In this document: piece by piece, positions 29,058 through 36,843 of the stretch
Position numbering within the stretch: position 1 is the first letter of the stretch
Layout of the letters: each line of letters starts with the position of its first letter
From: Oculatellaceae cyanobacterium bins.114
Lineage (GTDB): Bacteria; Cyanobacteriota; Cyanobacteriia; Elainellales; Elainellaceae
Reading direction: 5' to 3'
Assembly (NCBI GenBank): GCA_033764315.1
Contig: JANRJA010000061.1
Span: forward strand, 1 to 36,843
Length of the DNA: 36,843 bases
The notes under the pieces: model-generated
What the model saw: only the letters and a program-made list of their open reading frames with translations
Told to the model about the DNA's origin: nothing
Databases searched by the model: none
Made by a program: the position numbers and the translations under genes

Positions 29058-30647
29058 TTAACGAATCGGGGCGATCGCCAAACTATCAGGTTTTCCTAAG
29101 TCGCCGCTAATCGTCACCGAACGGTGGTTGGTATGGAGATGCCGCACCAGCTGATAGATCGTTTCAATTTGTTCGGGTGCTCCCACTTTGTCTGCCAGTG
29201 CAGCCAGTGAAAGGGGTTGTCCTGTTTCTTGGACGACCTGCACCACCCGTCGTTGTAAATCTAAGATAACAGCGGCAGCCTTTTTTCCAGCTTCAACGCC
29301 CGGTTGGTGATAGGCATTGACGTTGATCAAAAACCCATATAAACCCACGGCTCTCTCATAGAGTGCGATCAACGCCCCAACCGTGTAAGGGTTAACTTGG
29401 GGAATGGTAACTGTAATCGAGTCACGCTGATTTTCATAGATAGCTTGTCGGGTGCCTTGCAGCAGCCCAAATAGATAATCGCCAGATGTCACCCCTGGCT
29501 CGACTTGAATCGACTCTCCCTGGCGATCCTCTAACACTTCAATAAAGGTCAAAAAGAAGTTTGCCACCCCATCTCGCAATTGCTGAACGTAGGCGTGCTG
29601 GTCTGTGGTGCCCTTGTTGCCATAGACGGCAATTCCCTGGTGTACGGTATTACCCTCTAAATCTTTTTCTTTGCCCAGAGATTCCATGACTAACTGCTGC
29701 AAATAGCGCGAAAACAGCAACAGACTGTCTTTATAGGGCAAAACGACCATGTCTTTTTCGCCTTTGCCTTTGCCCGCAAAGTACCACGAGAGTGCCAAGA
29801 GAGCCGCAGGATTGCGTTTTAGCTCTGGAACGCGGGTGGCAGCATCCATCTCTTTTGCCCCTTGCAACATAGCAGCGATGTCGATGCCTTGCAGGGCGGC
29901 GGGCACTAACCCAACGCTTGACAACTCAGAGGTGCGGCCACCTACCCAGTCATACATCGGGAAGATCGCCAACCAGCCCTCAGATTTGGCTAGTTTGTCG
30001 AGGTTGCTGCCATCGGTGGTGATGGCGATCGCATAATTGGCAAAATTTAACCCCTTTTGCTCATAGGCTCGCTTGACCTCTTGCATGCCGTTACGGGGTT
30101 CAGGGGTGCCTCCTGATTTAGAAATGTTAATTACCAGAGTGCTGAATAATCGATCTTGCACTTTGGCTAGGGTGCGATCGATCCCGGCGGGGTCAGTATT
30201 ATCAATAAAGTGAATATTTAGAGGGGCGTTAACGGACGACAATGCCTCTGCGACAAATTGTGGTCCTAAGGCGGAGCCACCGATGCCAATGGAGATTACA
30301 TCGGTATATTTTTCGGCAAGGGGTGGATGAATCTCGCCCCTGTGGATTTTTTGGGCAAAGGTTTGAATGGTCTCGACTGTAGTGCGAATTTCCTGCTGAA
30401 TCTCAGCCTGAGGAGCTAACTCCGGATCGCGCAACCAATAGTGACCCACCATGCGATTTTCATCAGGGTTGGCGATCGCCCCTGCTTCAAGCTCTGTCAT
30501 TTTTTGAAACGCCTGAGCCAGCTTAGGTTGCATCGCCTCGACAAATCCATCATCAAATCGCATCCGGCTGACGTCGAGATAAAACCCCAACCCCTCATGG
30601 TAATAGAGCCAGTCTTGATAACGTTGCCAGAGCGCAGCGGCATTCAT
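29058..30647 (-). CDS. pgi: Glucose-6-phosphate isomerase
   Basis: [40 protein letters not shown] and QPGVEAGK. Confidence 0.97.
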   Translation of the reverse strand: MNAAALWQRYQDWLYYHEGLGFYLDVSRMRFDDGFVEAMQPKLAQAFQKMTELEAGAIANPDENRMVGHYWLRDPELAPQAEIQQEIRTTVETIQTFAQKIHRGEIHPPLAEKYTDVISIGIGGSALGPQFVAEALSSVNAPLNIHFIDNTDPAGIDRTLAKVQDRLFSTLVINISKSGGTPEPRNGMQEVKRAYEQKGLNFANYAIAITTDGSNLDKLAKSEGWLAIFPMYDWVGGRTSELSSVGLVPAALQGIDIAAMLQGAKEMDAATRVPELKRNPAALLALSWYFAGKGKGEKDMVVLPYKDSLLLFSRYLQQLVMESLGKEKDLEGNTVHQGIAVYGNKGTTDQHAYVQQLRDGVANFFLTFIEVLEDRQGESIQVEPGVTSGDYLFGLLQGTRQAIYENQRDSITVTIPQVNPYTVGALIALYERAVGLYGFLINVNAYHQPGVEAGKKAAAVILDLQRRVVQVVQETGQPLSLAALADKVGAPEQIETIYQLVRHLHTNHRSVTISGDLGKPDSLAIAPIR

Positions 30648-30813
30648 AGGACACTTCCCAACTCATTGCATTCATCACCTCACAGTTTACAGACTCAACC
30701 TGCAAGGCGACAGGGATTTAAGGGTCATAACAGAAACAAGGTTGGAGAATGAAGATTAAGGGGAGATCGTGATCAGGTCATTAACGGTTAATGGTGATTT
30801 GTCAATCGTCATT

Positions 30814-30927
30814 GCCCTCAAGTGCGACTATATCTAGATCCCTGGTTTTTGGGGGACGTCATCAGATTCCTTGAAGCCAACTCCAGCAAGAAAATGGGGA
30901 TTTCAACCGCTAAGTTGCCTATCTTGT
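30814..30927 (-). repeat. Dispersed nested-palindrome repeat, copy D (degenerate)
   Basis: GTGCGACTATATCTAGATCCCTGGTTT...AAAATGGGGATTT...CTAAGTTGC aligns with copy B over the full length. Confidence 0.7.
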
Positions 30928-31014
30928 CACTGAGCACTCTCTGTCTCCCCTTTGCCTCACCAAAACAAATTTTAAATGGTTAGGCTAGGGATGCCCAATT
31001 TCATCTAAGTCACG

Positions 31015-31845
31015 ATGCATAAGTTGCTCACGGGTTCGCTTAAGGTTGAAAGGGTCACTGTGCCAATTTCAGAGTTGCCTACCTCGTTAAACAACCTCCG
31101 CATTGCCCAGCTTTCTGACTTTCACTACGATGGGCTGCGCTTGTCAGAATCGCTCTTAGCTGAGGCGATCGCCCTGACCAATGACTACACCCCTGACCTG
31201 ATTGCGCTAACAGGAGATTTTGTCACAGATGACCCCACTCCTATTCATGCCTTGAGCGATCGCCTCAAAGGATTGCAAAGCCGAGTTGGAGTCTATGCCG
31301 TGTTAGGCAATCATGACTCTTATTTGCCCCAGGCTCAGCCTGAGATTGTGACAGCTCTAGAGCGAATCGGGATCCGGGTTTTGCAGAATCAAATTGCTTA
31401 CCCAGTCGGTGAGAGGTTGCCGTTGGTGGGGTTTGCCGATTTTTGGTCAGGAAAATTTGATCCCACCCTGTTGAACCAGCTTGATCCAGCAATTCCACGC
31501 TTGGTGTTGTCTCACAATCCAGATACAGCCGCTGTTTTGCGATCGTGGCGAGTCGATTTGCAGCTATCAGGGCATACTCACGGGGGGCAAGTGGTTTTGC
31601 CCAAGTTAGGGCCGCTCCCCGCTTGGGGACCAAAAATCCGACGGCTGATTCCTAAATCGCTACGCCGCCAAATTCCCTACATGCAAGATAAATGTCATCA
31701 GGCGTTGCACCATTGGGAATGGTCAGAGGGGTTACACCGGGTGGGTTCAAACTGGCTATATGTCAATCGGGGGTTAGGCACCTATTTACCAGGACGATTA
31801 TTTTGCCCACCTGAAGTGAGCCTGATCAAACTTGTTCGGGCTTAA
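31015..31845 (+). CDS. Calcineurin-like metallophosphoesterase (YkuE-like)
   Basis: SDFH, TGDF, GNHD, SHNPD, SGHTHGGQ and NRGLG. Confidence 0.93.
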   Translation: MHKLLTGSLKVERVTVPISELPTSLNNLRIAQLSDFHYDGLRLSESLLAEAIALTNDYTPDLIALTGDFVTDDPTPIHALSDRLKGLQSRVGVYAVLGNHDSYLPQAQPEIVTALERIGIRVLQNQIAYPVGERLPLVGFADFWSGKFDPTLLNQLDPAIPRLVLSHNPDTAAVLRSWRVDLQLSGHTHGGQVVLPKLGPLPAWGPKIRRLIPKSLRRQIPYMQDKCHQALHHWEWSEGLHRVGSNWLYVNRGLGTYLPGRLFCPPEVSLIKLVRA

Positions 31846-31997
31846 TGGCTCGTTTCTAACGAATACGTAGTTTTCATATGTGAAAGAACCTCCCAAATAG
31901 ATGAAGTTCTAGGTAAACTCAAAGGAGTTGCTAATTCTTGAATATTAAGATTTCTTTAAACTTGTCTGCCTTTTCTTGATCCTCATACAGTGCGCTA

Positions 31998-32363
31998 ATG
32001 CAACCGACCTCTCTGCCTTCAACGGATGCGATCGCCCCAGAAGGGGAACTGCTTCGTTCCACCCCTGTGATTAAAGGCTTTCATGCACTGTCTGACCCAT
32101 TGCGGGTAAAGGTGCTAGAGCTACTGCGCGACCAGGAATTATGTGTTTGTGAGTTGTGTGAGCATTTTGGTGTCAGTCAATCCAAGTTGTCATTTCACCT
32201 CAGGACCTTAAAAGAAGCAGGTTTGGTACAAGCTCGCCAAGAAGGACGATGGATTTACTACAGTCTGAACTTGGTGCAGTTTATTGCCCTAGAACAATAT
32301 CTGTCAGAATATCGTCGCTTTAGTAAGATGCTTCCGGCTCGTCTGTGTGGAGACGTGGGATAA
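31998..32363 (+). CDS. ArsR/SmtB family transcriptional regulator
   Basis: ALSDPLR, ELCVCELC, SQSKLSFHL and GRWIYYSL. Confidence 0.93.
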   Translation: MQPTSLPSTDAIAPEGELLRSTPVIKGFHALSDPLRVKVLELLRDQELCVCELCEHFGVSQSKLSFHLRTLKEAGLVQARQEGRWIYYSLNLVQFIALEQYLSEYRRFSKMLPARLCGDVG

Positions 32364-32810
32364 AGCAAAGGGCAGCAGGCAGAGGCTAAAGCATTTAGGC
32401 AACAGGGGCTTTGCCGTAAGCTGGGTTGAGCTCTCAAGCCAAACCATATTCAAGCCAAACCATTTAACGTGCCAGCCATTTGAGATAGGGCGAAGAATTA
32501 AGGCAGAAAGTGCTGCCAGACAGCAGAAGAAATAGGAAGTAGCCAATGAGCAAGATGGGCAACTCACTTTTAACAAAGCAGATTTAGTTGCCTCTAAAAA
32601 AAGCGTAATATGGTGTCAGTGACGAAAGACAGATGACGACTGATCATCTGATCGCAAATCTCCGATCGCAAATCTCTGAGCGTCAACGATCGCCCTCTAA
32701 ATCAGAGCTTCTTTCGGAATTTAGAAACATAGATTTACCAAGGCTACGAATTTCCCACTGTTACTGCTGTAGTTACTCAAGACCTCTGTTCTCTCACTTA
32801 CGGTTTACTT

Positions 32811-34148
32811 ATGCGATCGCATCTTCGGAAGCATTGGCTGACGTTGGGATCGTTGCTGCTGAGCTTAGTATTGACGCTCGTAATCGGTGGTGTTGTAGCC
32901 CCTGCTTTGTCTACAACTCCTGCTCCGGTTGACTCGGTGCGCTCTCGGATTACCGAAATTGAGCAAACCTGGCGGAACGAATACAACACCTATTTCAACA
33001 CATCGTTTACCTCGCCTGCTCTCACAGCAGATGCCATAAATGCGACCCTGGCACGACTCAGTCGCCAAACGGGTCAAAAATTGGCGTTGATCTATGCTTT
33101 TCCTCAGCCTGATGCCTTAGAACTAGTGCTGGTGATTCCAGGGCAAGCCCCCGTTCAAAAGCGATTGACGGATGTGCCTTTAGAAACCTTACGCCCTGTC
33201 ATCAACGGGTTTCGGACTCGCGTTGCTAGCCCTGTCAGGACACGCTTGTACCTAGAGCCAGGGCGACAACTCTATCAATGGCTGATCTCGCCCCTAGAGG
33301 CAGATTTGCAGGCACAAGGGGTAGATACCCTGGTGTTTTGTGTTGGAGAAAACCTGCGATCGCTTCCATTTGCGGCTCTCCACGATGGGCAGCAGTTCTT
33401 AATTGAGAAATACAGCGTTGGCTTAATTCCAGCGTTTAACCTGACCAACCTCAACTACAACCGTCTCCGACAATTGCGCGTTCTGGCGATGGGTGCCTCT
33501 GAGTTTCAGAATTTAGAAAACCTCCCCGCAGTGCCCTTAGAGTTGTCTGCCATTACCCAGAACTTATGGCGCGGCAGAGTCTTTCTCAATCAACAGTTCA
33601 CTCTGGCAAATCTGAGGCGTCAACTCACCTCTCAAGCTTTTGGCATTGTGCATTTGGCGACCCATGCTGAGTTTCGACCGGGGGAACCTGACAACTCCTA
33701 CATTCAACTGTGGCAGGGCGATCGCCTCAACCTGGATCAACTACGACGGCTTGATTGGCGGGACTTGCCAGTTGAGTTACTGGTATTGAGTGCTTGCCAA
33801 ACCGCATTAGGAGATGAGGAGGCAGAGTTGGGGTTTGCTGGATTGTCCTTTCAATCAGGGGTGAAGTCCTCTCTCGCTAGCCTGTGGCGGGTCAGCGACA
33901 CCGGAACTCTGGCACTGATGCGCGAGTTTTATTGGCAGTTAGCCAATCCTGAAGTCGCCACCAAAGCAGAAGCCTTACGCAGAACTCAGATCGCCATGCT
34001 CAAAGGGCAAATTTATATCGAGAACAATCAGCTTCATAGTTCAGGGGAGGTGTTGTTACTCCCCGATGAATTGAGCCAAAGCGGACGCTTTACCTTTGCA
34101 GAACCCTATTTTTGGGGGGCTTTTACGCTGGTTGGTAGTCCCTGGTGA
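32811..34148 (+). CDS. CHAT-domain (caspase-like) protein with N-terminal signal or TM segment
   Basis: LPFAALHDG, HLATHA (His), LSACQTALG (Cys), ASLWRVSD and PYFWGAF. Confidence 0.92.
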   Translation: MRSHLRKHWLTLGSLLLSLVLTLVIGGVVAPALSTTPAPVDSVRSRITEIEQTWRNEYNTYFNTSFTSPALTADAINATLARLSRQTGQKLALIYAFPQPDALELVLVIPGQAPVQKRLTDVPLETLRPVINGFRTRVASPVRTRLYLEPGRQLYQWLISPLEADLQAQGVDTLVFCVGENLRSLPFAALHDGQQFLIEKYSVGLIPAFNLTNLNYNRLRQLRVLAMGASEFQNLENLPAVPLELSAITQNLWRGRVFLNQQFTLANLRRQLTSQAFGIVHLATHAEFRPGEPDNSYIQLWQGDRLNLDQLRRLDWRDLPVELLVLSACQTALGDEEAELGFAGLSFQSGVKSSLASLWRVSDTGTLALMREFYWQLANPEVATKAEALRRTQIAMLKGQIYIENNQLHSSGEVLLLPDELSQSGRFTFAEPYFWGAFTLVGSPW

Positions 34149-34199
34149 TCTTCATGCAATCAGTATGCCTACTCCCTATCGCACCCTGCGCTTTTGGTC

Positions 34200-36842
34200 T
34201 TATTGACGACGAGAGCCGGAGCTAATTGGCTCTGGAATGATTACCGTTGGAATGGATCGTCTCCCTTTAGAGAATTTGTCAAACCCATCGTGCAACAGCA
34301 AATAAAAACACGGAATGATAAACAGGGTTAGCAACGTCGAGAGGGACAAGCCAGCGAATACAACGATCCCCAGGGGTTGCAAAAATTCTGATCCCTGCCC
34401 CAACCCCAACGCCAAGGGAAAGATACCCAGTACGGTGGTGACAGCCGTCATGATAATTGGACGCAATCGCTGTGGCGCGGCTTTGAGAATGGCAAGGCGA
34501 CGACTCACCCCTTCCTGTTGACGGATTTGATTGGCGAGTTCAATCAAAATAATGCCGTTATTGACCACAATACCCACGAGCAAAACGGCTCCGACAACCA
34601 CCGTTGCCCCGATCGCCGTTTGGGTAAAAAATAGCCCCCAGATGCCGCCAGCCAAGGCTAATGGAATGGTGCACATAATCACCAGCGGATCCACCAACGA
34701 GTTATATTGCACTGCCATAACCACAAACACCAAAAACGCAGCTAATCCTCCCAGGGTTGGCAACGCTGCTTGAATCGCTCGATTACTCTCAGCCGCACTG
34801 CTGGGCAGACGAGTCACCCCATCGGGCAGTTGAATGCCCTGCACAATGCGCTCGGCCTCTGACAGAGCGGCTCCCAAACTTGCCCCTTTGTTCAAACTGC
34901 CCGCGATGATGAAAACCTGCCGCTGATTAATCCGTTGAATCTCACCTGGAGCCTCACCCGTCTCAATTTGAGCGACGTCTGCTAACCGAACTAACTGGTT
35001 GTTAGCCGTAAACAGGGGCAGCCGTTCCAATTGAGCCGAGTTTTGAATGGCATCGTTATCTAACTCAACTCGGACATCAACTAAACGGTTGCCCCGCTGG
35101 AGTTGAGTTGGCACCGATCCTTGAATTGCCGTTGTTAAGGTTGCTCCAATGTCTTGCACGTTTAGCCCCAACAGAGACAGCCTTTCTAAATCGGGACGAA
35201 TTTGAATCTCAGGTTGACGGCGATCGCTGTTAGGGCGAAAGCTAGCGAGGGTGGCTTGCTGATCTAAGGCGTCTAAGATTTGCCGTCCGGCTTGATTGAG
35301 CGATCGCTCATTGGTTCCCTGTAAAACTATGTCAATTTCAGCTCCCCTGACGGGTGAGTTGTTCAAGATTAGACCTCGCACCTGACCTGGATTGAGCCGT
35401 AAGCGCGTCTCCACCAGATTGAGTTGGTTGAATTCACGACTAACTTTCGCCACAAATGCCTCGACATCCGTTTCGGGTTTGAGGGTGATTGTGCTCGTGC
35501 TCCGCAATGCATTTTCACTGGTGTTGTTGCCAAAGAGCGATCCCCCAACGGTGGTAAAGGCATACTCGGTTTCAGGTTGTGCCAGCAAAATCTCATCTAC
35601 TGCCGTCATCACTTTGCGGCTGGTCTCTAAGGGCGTACCGGGGGGAAACTGAGCCGATAAACTGGCTTGTCCGGTGTTGATCCGGGGCAACACTTCTTGA
35701 GGAATGGCACCCATCATCCACAGGCTGCTGCCTCCCAGCACCACACCCGTAACCAGCAGAGTCAAAATGCGATGACGCAGCACCCATTGCAGAGCGATCG
35801 CATATCGTCGTGTAGCGGCTTCAAATCGCTCGTTAAAGGTGCGGAGGAGCCAGGTGCGATCGAGGTGGCTTGACCAGGGCAAGATCAACAATCGTGATGA
35901 CAACATCGGCACAACCGTCACGGCTACCAACAGCGATGCTGCCACCGCAAAGCAAATGGTCAAAATCAATTCGTTAAAGAGCAGGGCGATGAATCCGCCA
36001 ATCAATAGAAACGGTAGTACCGAGACTAAATTGGTAGCGGTTGCAGCGACTAATGACGATTCCACCTCCAAGCTACTGGCTTCGACCAGGGCGATCGCGC
36101 TTTCATCAGAGACTTGAGTTTGATTGAGATGCCCTCCCGATCCCCCGGCTTCGCTGACACGCTTGTTGATATTTTCAAGAATCACCACTGATGTATCAAC
36201 GGCTTGCCCCACACTGATGGCTAGTCCTGCCAAACTAAACACATTCAGGGAAAACCCTGCCAGTTTCATCGCGATCGCCGCTGCCAGCGTACATAGGGGG
36301 ATCGTCAGGCTAATGATAATAGTCTGTCGTACCGATCCTAAGAATATCAGCACTGCCAAAGCGGCTAAAACGGCTCCTGAAATGGCTGCCTCGGTAACGC
36401 TACTCAACGATTCTTGAATGAAAACGGACTCGTCTAGCGTGGGCAACAATTGCATGTCTTCCGAAATTAGACCATTTTGCTGAAGGGTCTGAATTCGCTG
36501 TTTCACAGCCTCTACAACCGCAATCGTATTGGCATCGGGTTGTTTTTGAATGCTTACCTTGACTGCCGACTGACCATTCAGCAAGACAAAAATCCGTTGT
36601 TGCTGAGTGCCATCGACCACCGTGGCAAAATCTCGCAGGTAAATCCGTTGTGGCAGGGTAGGCTGTGATGTCTCCGTCGCCGTTGGGGTTTGAGAAGCAG
36701 AGGATGAGACCGTAAAAGCAAGATTGGCGATCGCATCGGCACTTTGAAATCGCCCGATCGCCCGCGTTAACGGTTCTGACTGTCCTAAAATCCGTCCTCC
36801 AGAAATGTCTTGATTACTTTCTTCTAATTCATCTAAGACGTC
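34200..36842 (-). CDS. RND efflux permease (AcrB/AcrD/AcrF family), 5' end outside window
   Basis: Open frame reaches the window edge (DVLDELEESNQDISGGR). KQPDANT, VVILENI, GIVVNNGIILIE and RLRPIIMT. Confidence 0.95.
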   Translation of the reverse strand, partial: DVLDELEESNQDISGGRILGQSEPLTRAIGRFQSADAIANLAFTVSSSASQTPTATETSQPTLPQRIYLRDFATVVDGTQQQRIFVLLNGQSAVKVSIQKQPDANTIAVVEAVKQRIQTLQQNGLISEDMQLLPTLDESVFIQESLSSVTEAAISGAVLAALAVLIFLGSVRQTIIISLTIPLCTLAAAIAMKLAGFSLNVFSLAGLAISVGQAVDTSVVILENINKRVSEAGGSGGHLNQTQVSDESAIALVEASSLEVESSLVAATATNLVSVLPFLLIGGFIALLFNELILTICFAVAASLLVAVTVVPMLSSRLLILPWSSHLDRTWLLRTFNERFEAATRRYAIALQWVLRHRILTLLVTGVVLGGSSLWMMGAIPQEVLPRINTGQASLSAQFPPGTPLETSRKVMTAVDEILLAQPETEYAFTTVGGSLFGNNTSENALRSTSTITLKPETDVEAFVAKVSREFNQLNLVETRLRLNPGQVRGLILNNSPVRGAEIDIVLQGTNERSLNQAGRQILDALDQQATLASFRPNSDRRQPEIQIRPDLERLSLLGLNVQDIGATLTTAIQGSVPTQLQRGNRLVDVRVELDNDAIQNSAQLERLPLFTANNQLVRLADVAQIETGEAPGEIQRINQRQVFIIAGSLNKGASLGAALSEAERIVQGIQLPDGVTRLPSSAAESNRAIQAALPTLGGLAAFLVFVVMAVQYNSLVDPLVIMCTIPLALAGGIWGLFFTQTAIGATVVVGAVLLVGIVVNNGIILIELANQIRQQEGVSRRLAILKAAPQRLRPIIMTAVTTVLGIFPLALGLGQGSEFLQPLGIVVFAGLSLSTLLTLFIIPCFYLLLHDGFDKFSKGRRSIPTVIIPEPISSGSRRQ

Positions 36843-36843
36843 T

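Noticed and set aside
32633..32932. 99-aa ORF overlapping the CHAT start
   Set aside because: Out-of-frame overlap built partly on short duplications, with no motif.
697..36668. Numerous 60-140 aa ORFs nested in or antisense to assigned genes
   Set aside because: Shadow ORFs with no independent coding signal.

Overview
Chromosomal window from a cyanobacterium: the HIP1 octamer GCGATCGC is frequent and there are heptamer tandem repeats, so a filamentous Leptolyngbya/Oculatella-like strain is likely (inference). The left ~2.5 kb is accessory or decayed: operator-like palindromes with a cyanobacterial LexA box, an inactivated IS701-family element, a small exported protein and a DUF4058 pseudogene. 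The rest is mostly conserved cyanobacterial genes: Anbu protease, DUF2232-cobT, PotD-like lipoprotein, EamA, a SWIM/SNF2 pair split by a beta-rich lipoprotein, pnp, 6S RNA, mreBCD, ssb, a NodI/NodJ-like ABC-2 exporter, a kinase/receiver/Hpt-REC-REC-GGDEF cassette behind pgi, a metallophosphoesterase, ArsR, a secreted CHAT protein and a partial RND permease. The intergenic DNA is unusually structured: three miniature inverted-repeat element families (one in four copies, one with a clean 7-bp target duplication), several short exact tandem duplications, and a 75-bp duplication forming a two-unit small ORF. No CRISPR, rRNA or tRNA was seen. I cannot claim a clearly novel system; the best leads are the c-di-GMP phosphorelay, the repeat families and the SNF2-lipoprotein-SWIM arrangement. 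All family calls come from motif recognition, not database searches.
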